A stretch of DNA of 64,000 nucleotides. It comes from Gemmatimonadota bacterium. Lineage in GTDB: Bacteria > Gemmatimonadota > Gemmatimonadetes > Longimicrobiales > RSA9. The stretch covers positions 38,366 to 102,365 of the forward strand of contig JBBDRO010000032.1 of assembly GCA_040905425.1 (NCBI GenBank). Direction: 5' to 3'. The position numbers and the translations under genes were made by a program. Position 1 is the first letter of the stretch; every line of letters starts with the position of its first letter. Below the pieces are notes generated by a model. That model saw nothing but the letters and a program-made list of their open reading frames with translations. It did not search any database and had not been told where the DNA came from. Below, piece by piece: positions 1 through 9,735 of this stretch.

Positions 1-19
1 CGACACACGCACAGGAGGA

Positions 20-499
20 ATGGATATGACCAGTTGGAAGCAGACGACGCTCGTGGGCGTCTTCGCGATGATCGGCGTGGTGGCTTGTGGCGGCGACGCG
101 GGCGACGACGCCATGGATGACATGGACATGGACACGCCTACCGTCGACGCGCCGGCCACCGACGCGCCCGCGGCCACGGACGTGGAGCTTCCCGAGGGCG
201 TGACGCAGGAGATGGTGGCCCGCGGGCAGCAGGTCTTCACGGGCGCCGCGGGCGGGGGCACGTGCTTCACCTGCCACACGGCCGAGGGCACCGGCACGCC
301 GCTGGCCCCGGACCTCACCGATGACACCTGGATCAACACTTCCGGGCGCAACTTCGAGGAGATCGTCCAGCTGGTCACGACGGGTGTGCCGGAGCCGGTC
401 GAGGCGGCGGCCGCCATGCCGCCCATGGGCGGTGCCAATCTCTCCGAGGATGACGTCCGCGCCGTGGCTGCCTACGTGCTGACGCTCGGCAGCGGCTGA
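20..499 (+). CDS. c-type cytochrome (class I-like), probably lipid-anchored
   Basis: 159-aa ORF with one CxxCH haem motif (GGGTCFTCHTAEG) and a later MPPMGG region (candidate Met ligand); N-terminal signal with lipobox-like VVAC. Confidence 0.8.
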   Translation: MDMTSWKQTTLVGVFAMIGVVACGGDAGDDAMDDMDMDTPTVDAPATDAPAATDVELPEGVTQEMVARGQQVFTGAAGGGTCFTCHTAEGTGTPLAPDLTDDTWINTSGRNFEEIVQLVTTGVPEPVEAAAAMPPMGGANLSEDDVRAVAAYVLTLGSG

Positions 500-509
500 T
501 CGGCGGGAC

Positions 510-1061
510 GTGATCCGCGGAGCAGATCAGGCCGCGGCGGAGGCGCCGGCTCGCACGAAGGTGCGGGCCGGCGCGCTTCGTTTCGGCGCGGCGTGGCCGG
601 GCAGCCTGGCGCGTCTCAGCCCGGTGACGGTGGCGCTGGCCCTTGTCCTGGCCGGGGGCGCATGTGACCGGCTGCCGGGCGGCGGTCCGCCTGAAATCGA
701 GCTGGAGGGCGGCCGCACGGTGCAGCTCCCGAAGGGTACGGAGCTGGTACAGGTGGAGCTCACCGCACGCGGGCGGAACGCCCGCTTCGAGCCAGCCGAG
801 GTGACGCTCCGGCCCGGCGACGTGGTGCGTTTCAGCAGTCCGGAGGGCGGTACGCACGCCCTGGCCTTCGCCGCCGATTCGCTGCAGCCCGCCCAACGGG
901 AGTTCCTGGAGCGGACCAACCAGCTGCGCGCGCCGCCGCTCCTGGAGCCCGGCGCCGCCTGGATCGTCAGCCTGGAGGGCGCACCCACGGGAAGCTACCC
1001 CTTCCGCTGCATCACCCATGGGGAGCACGGCCGGCTGCACGTCCAGACCACGGGTTCGTGA
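510..1061 (+). CDS. cupredoxin-like (blue-copper fold) protein
   Basis: C-terminal FRCITHGEHGRLHV and upstream GGTHALAF resemble cupredoxin ligand loops, but there is no obvious Met ligand; signal/lipobox LVLAGGAC; the true start may be internal (e.g. GTG 561). Confidence 0.6.
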   Translation: MIRGADQAAAEAPARTKVRAGALRFGAAWPGSLARLSPVTVALALVLAGGACDRLPGGGPPEIELEGGRTVQLPKGTELVQVELTARGRNARFEPAEVTLRPGDVVRFSSPEGGTHALAFAADSLQPAQREFLERTNQLRAPPLLEPGAAWIVSLEGAPTGSYPFRCITHGEHGRLHVQTTGS

Positions 1062-1097
1062 TGGCCCCGCCGCCGGCCGCCACCTAGCTTTGCCGGT

Positions 1098-2153
1098 ATG
1101 AAACGGATTGCGCTCATCCCCGGCGACGGCATCGGCGTGGACGTCACGCGCCAGGCCGCCAGCCTGCTCGGCGCGCTCGCGGACGCCGGGCGGGTGGACG
1201 TGGCGCTGGACACCTGGGATCTGGGCGCCGAGCGCACGCTGCGCACGGGGATCACCATCACCGACGAGGAGATGGCCAGCCTGCGCACGGACTACGACGC
1301 CATCTTCCTGGGCGCCGTGGGGGACCCGCGTATCCCGGACAACCGGCACGCGCGGGACATCCTGCTCGGGCTGCGCTTCAAGCTGGACCTCTACATCAAT
1401 CTGCGGCCCGTGCGTCTGTACGCCCCGGAACTCTCCCCCCTGAAGGACATCGGCGTGGCGGATCTGGATATGGTTATCTTCCGGGAGAATACGGAAGGAC
1501 CGTACGTGGGCATGGGCGGGACGCTGAAGGAGGGTACGCCCGAGGAGGTGGCCACCGAAGTGGACATCAACACGCGCGCGGGCGTGGAGCGGATCATCCG
1601 CGCCGCCTTCGAATATGCGCGGCTCCGGGGGCGCCGGCGGGTCACCCTCACGGACAAGGCCAACGCCATGCCCCACGTGGGCGGCCTGTGGCGCCGGACG
1701 TTCGCGGACGTGCGCGCGGAGTATGCCGGGATCGAAAGCGACGCCGTCTACGCCGACGCCCTGGCCTTCGACCTCGTGCGCCGCCCCGCGCGCTACGACG
1801 TCATCGTGGCCCCGAACCTCTTCGGCGACCTGCTGAGCGACCTGGCGGCGGGGCTGGCGGGCGGGCTGGGCCTGGCGGCGTCCGCCAACCTCCATCCGGG
1901 CCGGCCCGGTCTCTTCGAGCCGGTGCACGGCTCGGCGCCCGACATCGCGGGGACCGGCCAGGCCAACCCGCTCGCTGCGCTGCTCACAACCGCCCTCATG
2001 CTGGAGCAACTGGGTTGGGTGGAGGAGGCCGCGCGCGTGGAGGCGGCGGTGCGGGAGGTGCTGGCCGCCGGTCACACCACGCCGGACCTGGGCGGCACGC
2101 TCACGACGGACGAGGTGGGTGACGCGGTCATCACCGCGGCGCTCGCCACCTGA
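1098..2153 (+). CDS. isopropylmalate/tartrate/isocitrate dehydrogenase family protein
   Basis: 351 aa; MKRIALIPGDGIGVDV N-terminus, LRPVRLY, FRENTEGPY and GSAPDIAGTGQANP motifs typical of the beta-decarboxylating dehydrogenase family; substrate not resolvable by eye. Confidence 0.8.
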   Translation: MKRIALIPGDGIGVDVTRQAASLLGALADAGRVDVALDTWDLGAERTLRTGITITDEEMASLRTDYDAIFLGAVGDPRIPDNRHARDILLGLRFKLDLYINLRPVRLYAPELSPLKDIGVADLDMVIFRENTEGPYVGMGGTLKEGTPEEVATEVDINTRAGVERIIRAAFEYARLRGRRRVTLTDKANAMPHVGGLWRRTFADVRAEYAGIESDAVYADALAFDLVRRPARYDVIVAPNLFGDLLSDLAAGLAGGLGLAASANLHPGRPGLFEPVHGSAPDIAGTGQANPLAALLTTALMLEQLGWVEEAARVEAAVREVLAAGHTTPDLGGTLTTDEVGDAVITAALAT

Positions 2154-2179
2154 TACCACACCTGACCATACGGAGCGGC

Positions 2180-3385
2180 ATGGGCACGCAGGGACACGCC
2201 ACCGACATCGTCTTCCTTTCCGGGCGCCGCACGCCCTTCGGCACCTTCGGCGGCACGCTCAAGGACCACACCGCCACCCAGCTCGGCGCGCACGCGGCGC
2301 GGGCGGCGCTGGAGAGCGCGGGTGTGGCGCCCGAGGAGGTGGGGCACGTCATCTTCGGCAACGCGCTGCAGACCACCTCGGACGCCATCTATCTGGCGCG
2401 CCACGTGGGGCTCCAGGCCGGCTGCCCCAACGAAGTGCCAGCGCTCACCATCAACCGGCTGTGCGGCTCCGGCTTCCAGGCCATGGTCTGCGGCGCGCAG
2501 GAGATCATGTTGGGCCAGGCCGAGGTGGCGTTGGTGGGTGGCGCCGAGAGCATGAGCACGGCGCCGCATGTGGTGCGCGGGGCGCGTTGGGGCCAGCTCC
2601 GCCTGGGGGAGGCCGGGCAGTTCTTCGAGGATCTGCTGTGGGCCTCCCTCACGGACACCAGCTGCAGCCTCTCCATGGCGCAGACGGCCGAAAAGCTGGC
2701 CGACGAGTACGGCATCACGCGTGAGGAAGCCGACCAGGTGGCCTACGAATCCCAGCAGCGCGCGGCGGCCGCCCGTGACGAGGGCCGCTTCGACGCCGAG
2801 ATGGCGCCCATCACCATCGCCTCGCGCAAAGGGGACGTGGAATTTGCCGTGGATGAGCACATGCGGCCGGATGCCTCCCTGGAGGCGCTCGGCAAGCTGC
2901 GTCCCTACTTTCGCAAGGACGGCCTGGTGACCGCGGGCAACGCCAGCGGCATCGGGGACGGTGCCGCCGCCGCGGTGATTGCCAGCGCCGCCTGGGCCGA
3001 GCGCAACGGGCGCACCCCGATCGGCCGGCTCGTCTCCTGGGGCGTGGCCGGCGTGCGGCCCGACATCATGGGCATCGGCCCCGCCCCGGCGGCGCGGCTG
3101 GCGCTCGAGGCCGCCGGCCTGGAACTGGACCGTATGGACCTGGTGGAAGTCAACGAGGCCTTCGCGCCGCAGTACGCCGCGGTGCGCAAGGAGCTGGGGC
3201 TGGACCATGAGAAGACGAACGTGAACGGCGGGGCCATTGCGCTCACGCATCCGCTCGCGGCGTCCGGCGCGCGCATCACCATCCACCTGCTCCACGAGCT
3301 GCGCCGGCGCGGCGCGCGCTTCGGCCTGGGCAGCGCGTGCATCGGGGGCGGGCAGGGGATGGCCGTGATCGTGGAGCGCATGTAG
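2180..3385 (+). CDS. acetyl-CoA acetyltransferase (thiolase II)
   Basis: 401 aa; active-site [27 protein letters not shown] and [13 protein letters not shown] motifs. Confidence 0.92.
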   Translation: MGTQGHATDIVFLSGRRTPFGTFGGTLKDHTATQLGAHAARAALESAGVAPEEVGHVIFGNALQTTSDAIYLARHVGLQAGCPNEVPALTINRLCGSGFQAMVCGAQEIMLGQAEVALVGGAESMSTAPHVVRGARWGQLRLGEAGQFFEDLLWASLTDTSCSLSMAQTAEKLADEYGITREEADQVAYESQQRAAAARDEGRFDAEMAPITIASRKGDVEFAVDEHMRPDASLEALGKLRPYFRKDGLVTAGNASGIGDGAAAAVIASAAWAERNGRTPIGRLVSWGVAGVRPDIMGIGPAPAARLALEAAGLELDRMDLVEVNEAFAPQYAAVRKELGLDHEKTNVNGGAIALTHPLAASGARITIHLLHELRRRGARFGLGSACIGGGQGMAVIVERM

Positions 3386-3410
3386 CCGCGTCTCTTTCCG
3401 GGAGGTTCCG

Positions 3411-4367
3411 ATGCTGGAGATTCTGATACCCGCGGTGGTGGTGGCGGTGGGCACCATCGTGAGCAGCCTGCGCGTGCTGAAGGAGTACGAGCGGGCGGTG
3501 GTCTTCCGCCTGGGGCGCCTCACCGGCGCCAAGGGGCCGGGGCTCATCTTCCTGCTGCCCTATGGCGTGGAGAAGATGGAGCGGGTGTCCCTGCGCATCG
3601 TGGCCATGGACATCCCGCCCCAGGACGTGATCACGCGGGACAACGTGTCCATCAAGGTAAACGCCGTGGTCTACTTCAAGGTGGCCGACACGGTGAAGGC
3701 CACTATCGTGATCCAGGACTACCTGTTCGCCACCAGCCAGCTGGCGCAGACCACACTGCGCAGCGTGGTGGGCCAGGCGGAACTCGACCAGCTGCTGGCC
3801 GAGCGGGAGCACTTCAATGACATCGTGCGCACCATCATCGACACCGGCACCGACGCGTGGGGGATCGAGGTGACCGCCGTGGAGATCAAGGACATCGATC
3901 TGCCCGCCGAGATGCGTCGCGCCATGGCGCGGCAGGCCGAGGCGGAGCGGGAGCGCCGCGCCAAGGTCATCAACGCGCAGGGGGAGCTGCAGGCCTCCAA
4001 GCAGCTCGCGGCGGCGGCCAAGATGCTGCAGACGCAGCCCGCGGCCATCCAGCTCCGCTATCTGCAGACGGTCTCCGAGATCGCCACGGAGAACAACTCC
4101 ACCACCCTCTTCCCGATCCCCATCGACCTGTTCAAGCCGTTCATCGAGAAGCTCGGCCGGACGATGGGTGGCGCCGAGGGCCCGGACGAGGTGGATGAGT
4201 CCCTGGACGTGGACCCGAATGATCCGGCGCTGCTGGCGCCGCCCGCGCCGCTGCGCGATCACAAGTCCCTGCGGCCGGCCGCGGAGAAGGCCGCCGCGGC
4301 GCATGCCGCCGCCGAGCGGAAGTCCGCTGGCCGCGATGACCATGACGTCGGCGATCGGTCGGGTTGA
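3411..4367 (+). CDS. SPFH/band-7 (stomatin-like) membrane protein
   Basis: 318 aa; N-terminal TM, then [15 protein letters not shown]...[16 protein letters not shown] and the [19 protein letters not shown] coiled region typical of stomatin/HflKC-type SPFH proteins. Confidence 0.88.
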   Translation: MLEILIPAVVVAVGTIVSSLRVLKEYERAVVFRLGRLTGAKGPGLIFLLPYGVEKMERVSLRIVAMDIPPQDVITRDNVSIKVNAVVYFKVADTVKATIVIQDYLFATSQLAQTTLRSVVGQAELDQLLAEREHFNDIVRTIIDTGTDAWGIEVTAVEIKDIDLPAEMRRAMARQAEAERERRAKVINAQGELQASKQLAAAAKMLQTQPAAIQLRYLQTVSEIATENNSTTLFPIPIDLFKPFIEKLGRTMGGAEGPDEVDESLDVDPNDPALLAPPAPLRDHKSLRPAAEKAAAAHAAAERKSAGRDDHDVGDRSG

Positions 4368-5236
4368 CCAGGGACGCCGAGCCGGCTGACCCGCCCGTCG
4401 GGGGCGTGCCCGGACGCCGTATTGGGCGCGGTGACCTGGAGGCCGTCATCCGCCGCGCCGCCGAACTCTCCGTGCGCGCCGCGGACGCCGAGGAGCGGCT
4501 GAGCGAAGGGGACCTGCTGCGCATCGGTGAGGAAGTGGGCCTGCCCGCCAAGCACGTTCTGCAAGCGCTTCACGAGCGGCCGGAACTGCGCAGTGATCCC
4601 TCCGCGTTCGAGGGGCTGTTCGGCTCCTCGGTGGTGGTGGCGCACCGCGCGCTGCCCGGCGCGGCCGCGGCCACGGCGCGCCGCATCGAGAGCTACCTGG
4701 CCGCGCACGAGTACCTGCGCGTGGTGCGCAGTCGCGAGGGTGCCATCCTCATGGTGCCCGCCGACGACACGCTCTCCTCGCTGGCGCGGGTCTTCACGCG
4801 GCCCAAGAGCCGCCACTACCTGGCGCGCGCGCGGCGCGTGGCGGCGGCGGCCCATCCCCTGGAGGAGGGCGCCGCGCACGTGCGCATCGAGGCCGACCTG
4901 GGCGAGCAGCGCGGCAAGGCCGTCACGGCCGGCGTCACCATCGGCTCCGGCATGGGGCTGGCGGCGGGAGGCATCGGCGCCGGCGTGATCGCCACGGTGA
5001 TGGACCCCGGCAGCGCGGTGGCGCTGGCGGGCATGGTGGGCAGCCTGGGCGCCGGGATCGCGGTCGGGCTGGCGGGCGGCGTGCTGGTGGCGGCGCGGGG
5101 TTTCAAGCGCCGGGTGCGCGCGGCCCGGACCGAGCTGGAAGGGCTGCTCGACCGCCTGGAGCGGGGCGAGCGGCTGGAGCCGCCGCCGGCGCCCTGGCGC
5201 CAGCGGCTGAGGAGCCGTTTCAGGGGCGGCCCGTAG
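4364..5236 (+). CDS. hypothetical protein with Gly-rich C-terminal membrane segments
   Basis: 290-aa ORF; TTG start overlaps the SPFH stop (TTGA at 4364-4367); high GC3; Gly/Ala-rich hydrophobic stretch [23 protein letters not shown]...[14 protein letters not shown]; no recognisable family. Confidence 0.55.
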   Translation: MTRDAEPADPPVGGVPGRRIGRGDLEAVIRRAAELSVRAADAEERLSEGDLLRIGEEVGLPAKHVLQALHERPELRSDPSAFEGLFGSSVVVAHRALPGAAAATARRIESYLAAHEYLRVVRSREGAILMVPADDTLSSLARVFTRPKSRHYLARARRVAAAAHPLEEGAAHVRIEADLGEQRGKAVTAGVTIGSGMGLAAGGIGAGVIATVMDPGSAVALAGMVGSLGAGIAVGLAGGVLVAARGFKRRVRAARTELEGLLDRLERGERLEPPPAPWRQRLRSRFRGGP

Positions 5237-5267
5237 CCGCCCCGTCCGACAAATTCAACGGGAGCAT

Positions 5268-6158
5268 ATGATGGCCAGGATCGAACGGGTGGGTGTGCTG
5301 GGATGCGGGCTCATGGGGAGCGGGATCGCCGAGGTCACGGCCAAGGCCGGCATCGAGACGTGGGTGCGCGAGGTGAATGATGACCTCGTGGCAAAGGGGC
5401 GCGGCCGCATCGAGAAGAGCCTGGGCCGGGCAGTGGAGAAGGGCAAACTGGACGCGGCCGAACGGGACCGTGTGCTGGAGCGCATCCACTTCACCACGGA
5501 GCTCGGGGAGCTGGCAAGCGTGGAGCTGATCATCGAGGCCGTGACCGAGGACCTGGCCATCAAGAACGAGATGTTCGGGGCGCTGGACGAGGTGTGCGGC
5601 GCCGACACCATCTTTGCCAGCAATACCAGCTCGCTCACCATTGCCGACATGGCCGCCGCCACGGGGCGCCCCGGCCGCTTCGTGGGCTTGCACTTCTTCA
5701 ACCCCGTACCCGTGATGAAGCTGGTGGAAGTGGTGCGCACCATTGCCACCGACGAGGACGCCTACACCGCCGCGCTGGACTTTGCCCGCGCCATCGGCAA
5801 GGAGCCGGTGGAGGCCAAGGACACCTCGGGCTTCGTGGTGAACCGCCTGCTCATCCCCTACATGCTGGACGCCATCCGCGCCCTGGAGACGGGCGTGGCC
5901 ACCATCACGGACATCGACAAGGCCATGACGCTCGGCACCGGCTACCCCATGGGCCCCTTCGTGCTGTCCGACTTCGTGGGCATCGACACGCTCCACAAGG
6001 CGGCGGAGATCATGTACGAGGAGTTCCGCGAGACACGCTACGCCTCACCGCCGCTGCTCAAGCGCATGGTGTCCATGGGGTGGTACGGCCGGAAGAGCGG
6101 CCGCGGCTTCTACGACTACTCCGGGGAGAAACCCGTGCCCGTGGAACTGGGTCTGTAA
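5268..6158 (+). CDS. hbd: 3-hydroxybutyryl-CoA dehydrogenase
   Basis: 296 aa; Rossmann motif VGVLGCGLMGSGIA, SNTSSL, GLHFFNPVPVMKLVEV and GFVVNRLL motifs of 3-hydroxyacyl-CoA dehydrogenases. Confidence 0.9.
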   Translation: MMARIERVGVLGCGLMGSGIAEVTAKAGIETWVREVNDDLVAKGRGRIEKSLGRAVEKGKLDAAERDRVLERIHFTTELGELASVELIIEAVTEDLAIKNEMFGALDEVCGADTIFASNTSSLTIADMAAATGRPGRFVGLHFFNPVPVMKLVEVVRTIATDEDAYTAALDFARAIGKEPVEAKDTSGFVVNRLLIPYMLDAIRALETGVATITDIDKAMTLGTGYPMGPFVLSDFVGIDTLHKAAEIMYEEFRETRYASPPLLKRMVSMGWYGRKSGRGFYDYSGEKPVPVELGL

Positions 6159-6252
6159 GCGACGTCCCCCCGCACGTCCATGGCACGCGCCGGATCCCGG
6201 CCCCGCCGGAGCCGCGCGGCGCGCCGGTGAGGCGGCCGGGCATCGTCGCTTG

Positions 6253-6286
6253 AAAAAAAACAGGGCCTCCCCGCGGGGAGGCCCTG
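6253..6286 (-). terminator. intrinsic terminator of the NSS transporter gene
   Basis: Perfect 12-bp arms CAGGGCCTCCCC/GGGGAGGCCCTG (6261-6272/6275-6286), followed on the minus strand by T8 (6253-6260); lies 23 nt after the stop of the 6309..7742 gene. Confidence 0.8.
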
Positions 6287-6308
6287 CGCACGCGCGGGCG
6301 GAGCGGCC

Positions 6309-7742
6309 TCAGCCGGCGGCCACCTGGCCGAAACCGAAGAGGCTGATGAGGAGCTGCATCAGGATGAGTACAATGGCCACCGGCGCCAGGAAGCGGATGA
6401 GGAAGCTCCACGTGCGGCCGAGCGGGAACTTGCCGTCGTTCGCGCGCACTTCCTCACCCACGCCCTTGACGCCCCAGGCCCAGCCGGCGAAGAGCGCGAT
6501 GAACAGGGCGCCCACCACCAGGGCGTACTGGCCGAAGAGCATGAAGAGGAAGGACAGGAAGTCCGTGCCCACGCCCGGCAGCGATGAGAGCCAACCCACC
6601 GCGCCGTTGCCGAGGGCGCTCGGGATGCCGAGCAGGAACGCCGCACCGCCCACGGCCACGGCCGCCTTCTTCCGGCTCCACCGCTTCTCATCCACGAAGT
6701 AGGCGGTGGCCACCTCCAGCAGCGAGACGCTGGAGGTCAGCGCCGCGATGGCCAGCAGCAGGAAGAACAGGGTGCCGAACAGGATGCCGCCGATGGGCGC
6801 GGGCGGGATGGTGCCGAGCAGCGAGGTGAGCACCACGAAGACCATGCCGGGGCCGCCATCACCCGCCTGCATGCCGGCGTGGAAGAGCGTGGGGAAGATG
6901 ATCAGGCCGGCCATGATGGCAATGGCGGTGTCGAAGCCTGAGACCCAGAGCGCGGAGGTGACGAGGTCATCCTTCTTGCCGATGTAGGAGCCGTAGGTGA
7001 TCATGGCGCCCATGCCCAGCGAGAGGGAAAAGAACGCCTGCCCGATGGCGGCCAGGACCACGCCGCCATTGATGTCACTGAAATCCGGCTTCAGGTAGAA
7101 CTCCAGCCCGGCGCCGGCGCCGGAGAGGGTCACCGCGCGGATGACCAGCAGGACTAGGATGATGGCCAGCAGGGGCATGAGCACTTTGGTCCACCGCTCG
7201 ATGCCGTGGCGCACGCCGCCCAGCACCACGTAGATGGTCAGCGCCATGAAGAGCAGGTGCGTGAAGATGGAGCCCCACGCGCTGCCGGCCACGCCGCCGA
7301 AGATGGCCTCCGTATCGGCACCCACCCCGAAGGCGCCGGTGAGCGTCTTCCAGACGTACGTGAGCGTCCACCCGGCGATCACCGAGTAGAAGCTGAGGAT
7401 CACGATACCCGTGATGACCCCCAGGGCACCCACCAGGCCCCAGGCGGTGCCGGGCTTGATGGCCTTGAAGGCGCCCACCGGATTGCGCTGGCTGCGGCGG
7501 CCGATGGCCAGCTCGGCCAGCATGACGGGTGCGCCGATGAGCGCCACGCAGATAAGGTAGAGGACCAGGAAGGCGCCGCCCCCGTTGGCGGCGGCCACGG
7601 TGGGGAAGCCCCAGATGTTGCCCAGGCCGACGGCGCTGCCGGCGGCGGCCAGGATGAAGGCGGCCTTCGATCCCCACGTGTCGCGCGGTGCCGGTGTGGT
7701 GGGATCGCCGGCGGACGGCGGCGTGCTCGAGGTGGTTTGCAT
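6309..7742 (-). CDS. sodium-dependent transporter, neurotransmitter:sodium symporter (SNF/NSS) family
   Basis: 477 aa; WGSKAAFILAAAGSAVGLGNIWGFP N-terminal signature and about 11-12 hydrophobic segments. Confidence 0.9.
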   Translation of the reverse strand: MQTTSSTPPSAGDPTTPAPRDTWGSKAAFILAAAGSAVGLGNIWGFPTVAAANGGGAFLVLYLICVALIGAPVMLAELAIGRRSQRNPVGAFKAIKPGTAWGLVGALGVITGIVILSFYSVIAGWTLTYVWKTLTGAFGVGADTEAIFGGVAGSAWGSIFTHLLFMALTIYVVLGGVRHGIERWTKVLMPLLAIILVLLVIRAVTLSGAGAGLEFYLKPDFSDINGGVVLAAIGQAFFSLSLGMGAMITYGSYIGKKDDLVTSALWVSGFDTAIAIMAGLIIFPTLFHAGMQAGDGGPGMVFVVLTSLLGTIPPAPIGGILFGTLFFLLLAIAALTSSVSLLEVATAYFVDEKRWSRKKAAVAVGGAAFLLGIPSALGNGAVGWLSSLPGVGTDFLSFLFMLFGQYALVVGALFIALFAGWAWGVKGVGEEVRANDGKFPLGRTWSFLIRFLAPVAIVLILMQLLISLFGFGQVAAG

Positions 7743-7794
7743 CGACGGCCCTCTCCGATGGTCTGTGGATGAACGATGCGCCGGCGGCGCCGGC

Positions 7795-8523
7795 CTACGG
7801 CAGCGTGTCCTCGCGATGCAGGGCGTGCGTGTAGCGCTGGTACTCCCCGGGGTTGGCCAGGTAATCCTCCACCCAGGTCTCGAAGGGTGGCAGCGGCAAC
7901 CTGTGCTCCAGTTCCTGCACCACGCTCATGGCCAGCTGGAAGCGGTCGCGTGCGCGGAAGTCAATGCGCCTCCCCTCCAGCAGGATCTCCACCATCTCCT
8001 CGAACGTGTCGGGCTGCAACAGCGCAATGAGGTGCGTGACCTGATCCAGCCGGTACGACTCGTAGAGGGAACGCAGTTCCTGCAACGAGGGTGACACGTC
8101 GCTCGGCGCGATGTCGGGGGCGCGCTCGGCGGCGTGGCGCACGAGGAGCTCGCGGAACCAGCCGTGGAACGCCGGCGGGTAGCCGGTCCGGCGCTCGTGC
8201 GCCGCGAGCGCCGAATCGAGCAGCGCCATGAGCAGCGGCTTGCCCAGACCGCGTGCCCGGGCGTCCACATCCTGCTCGCTGCCTTCCACGAAGAGGTCCG
8301 CCGTGCGTACTTCACTGCCCGGCTCGTCCGCCGCGGAGCGGAAGGAGAAGTAGCCGCGCCAGCAGCCGTCGGGCAGCAGGTAGGTGATGAGGAACACCGT
8401 CCAGCGGCCGTCACCGCGCTCCATGAACGTGAAGGAACGGCAGCGGCTACGCACCACATCATCGGTGGGTGCGGCGGGCGCCGGACGGGACGCATCCGAG
8501 GGCGGTTGTGGGCGGGGATGCAT
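7795..8523 (-). CDS. hypothetical protein
   Basis: 242-aa ORF with high GC3; no motif recognised. Confidence 0.55.
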   Translation of the reverse strand: MHPRPQPPSDASRPAPAAPTDDVVRSRCRSFTFMERGDGRWTVFLITYLLPDGCWRGYFSFRSAADEPGSEVRTADLFVEGSEQDVDARARGLGKPLLMALLDSALAAHERRTGYPPAFHGWFRELLVRHAAERAPDIAPSDVSPSLQELRSLYESYRLDQVTHLIALLQPDTFEEMVEILLEGRRIDFRARDRFQLAMSVVQELEHRLPLPPFETWVEDYLANPGEYQRYTHALHREDTLP

Positions 8524-8820
8524 GCCGCTGCAGGCTAACTGGCGGGCCAGATCCAGTCAAGGCGCGCGGGCGTGGCCCGGGCACACCGCCCGCAGGCCAA
8601 ATTCAAAAATTTCTGCACGATCGCGCCAGTACTCCTTTTGGACAATCCGCTGGCCGTAAACGGCGTGGCCATGGGAATGCACGCTTCGAAACGGCCGTTT
8701 TGCGGGGCCCGTGCCGGGCGGAACGATTGCCAAACACGCACGATCGTGTACACGTGAAAACCCTTGTGCCACAATGATAATCGTCTAACGGGTTGGCGCA
8801 GTGCGGGTTACACGCAAGGG

Positions 8821-8849
8821 TTGACGCATGCCGGACCGCTCCGTATCTT
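8821..8849 (+). promoter_or_regulatory. sigma70-like promoter candidate
   Basis: TTGACG (8821-8826), 17-nt spacer, TATCTT (8844-8849), inside a lower-GC 430-bp intergenic region about 100 nt upstream of ORF 8954. Confidence 0.35.
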
Positions 8850-8953
8850 GGCGTTACCTGCTCGAGACGATGACCGGATTCCGTGGATGCTCATCCTCCC
8901 GGTCCAGGCGGGAAAAAAATCACCCATTTTTTGAATGCGTCGAGGCGTAACGT

Positions 8954-9139
8954 ATGTGGGAGACGTGTGCCGTTGATCTACGGGTGGAGCTGCCGAGGCC
9001 GGTGGCCGACGAGGTGGCTGAGGTGCAGCGGCGCGATCCCGAGATGCTCAGTCGAATGCTCTTCTATGCGCTCACGCGGCGCACGATCTACGAACACCTT
9101 TCCCGCGGGTCGCTGCCGGCCGGCGAGCCGACGGACTGA
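8954..9139 (+). CDS. small hypothetical protein
   Basis: 61-aa ORF downstream of the promoter candidate; moderate GC3; no family recognised; may start at an internal GTG. Confidence 0.3.
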   Translation: MWETCAVDLRVELPRPVADEVAEVQRRDPEMLSRMLFYALTRRTIYEHLSRGSLPAGEPTD

Positions 9140-9329
9140 GGTCCGCGGGGCCGCCCGCGCGGCTGTCGGGGCCATCGTTTGACGCCCTGCGCGACCGTGC
9201 CGGGCCCGCCCGCGGCGGCACGCGTCTCTTGACGGCCGCCCCCCACAGCGCCCAGCTTTGCCGGACGGCGTGACCGAGCCGTCCGGCGAATGCCGGCCGT
9301 AGCGCGCCATCCCTTCTGCCACGGCTGTC

Positions 9330-9707
9330 ATGGCTGCGGAATCCGAGGAAGCGCGAACGCTGCGGGCAAAGTACTGGGATTGGTGCTCTGCCCGGCTGGC
9401 CGACCGCTTCCTCTCACTCTCTTCCGATGACATCTACCGCCTGGCGCGCCGCGAGCCCGAAACGGGCGCGGGACTGGGCGGAGGGACGCCCGTCGGCCGG
9501 GATCCGGGGGCGCTGGCCGGGGAAACGCCCGCGTCCTTCCGGGAGCTGGTGGCGCAGGTGACCGAGAGCCTGGCCCGGGAGATGGGTCTGCCCAGCTTCG
9601 AGCAGTGGAGCGCGGCCTACCGGGAGGATCCCGCCCGCTTCGAAGGCCAGTTGCTGGGCATGTGGCGCGACCGGGAGGCGGAGCCCACGGAGGATGAGCC
9701 GGGCTGA
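9330..9707 (+). CDS. hypothetical protein
   Basis: 125-aa ORF with high GC3, followed by a strong terminator hairpin. Confidence 0.5.
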   Translation: MAAESEEARTLRAKYWDWCSARLADRFLSLSSDDIYRLARREPETGAGLGGGTPVGRDPGALAGETPASFRELVAQVTESLAREMGLPSFEQWSAAYREDPARFEGQLLGMWRDREAEPTEDEPG

Positions 9708-9735
9708 GGAGCGCTGCTGCACGCAGGCGCCCGCA

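Noticed and set aside
375-2159. 594-aa ORF on the minus strand
   Set aside because: It lies antisense to the cupredoxin-like and IPMDH-family genes, which have clear family motifs. Its translation is Arg/Gly/Pro-rich with no motifs. This is a typical shadow ORF of high-GC DNA.
9261-9286. 8-bp perfect hairpin CCGGACGG...CCGTCCGG upstream of ORF 9330 as a riboswitch or attenuator
   Set aside because: It is a single short GC hairpin with no alternative pairing, conserved motif or U-tract, which is not enough to call a regulatory RNA.
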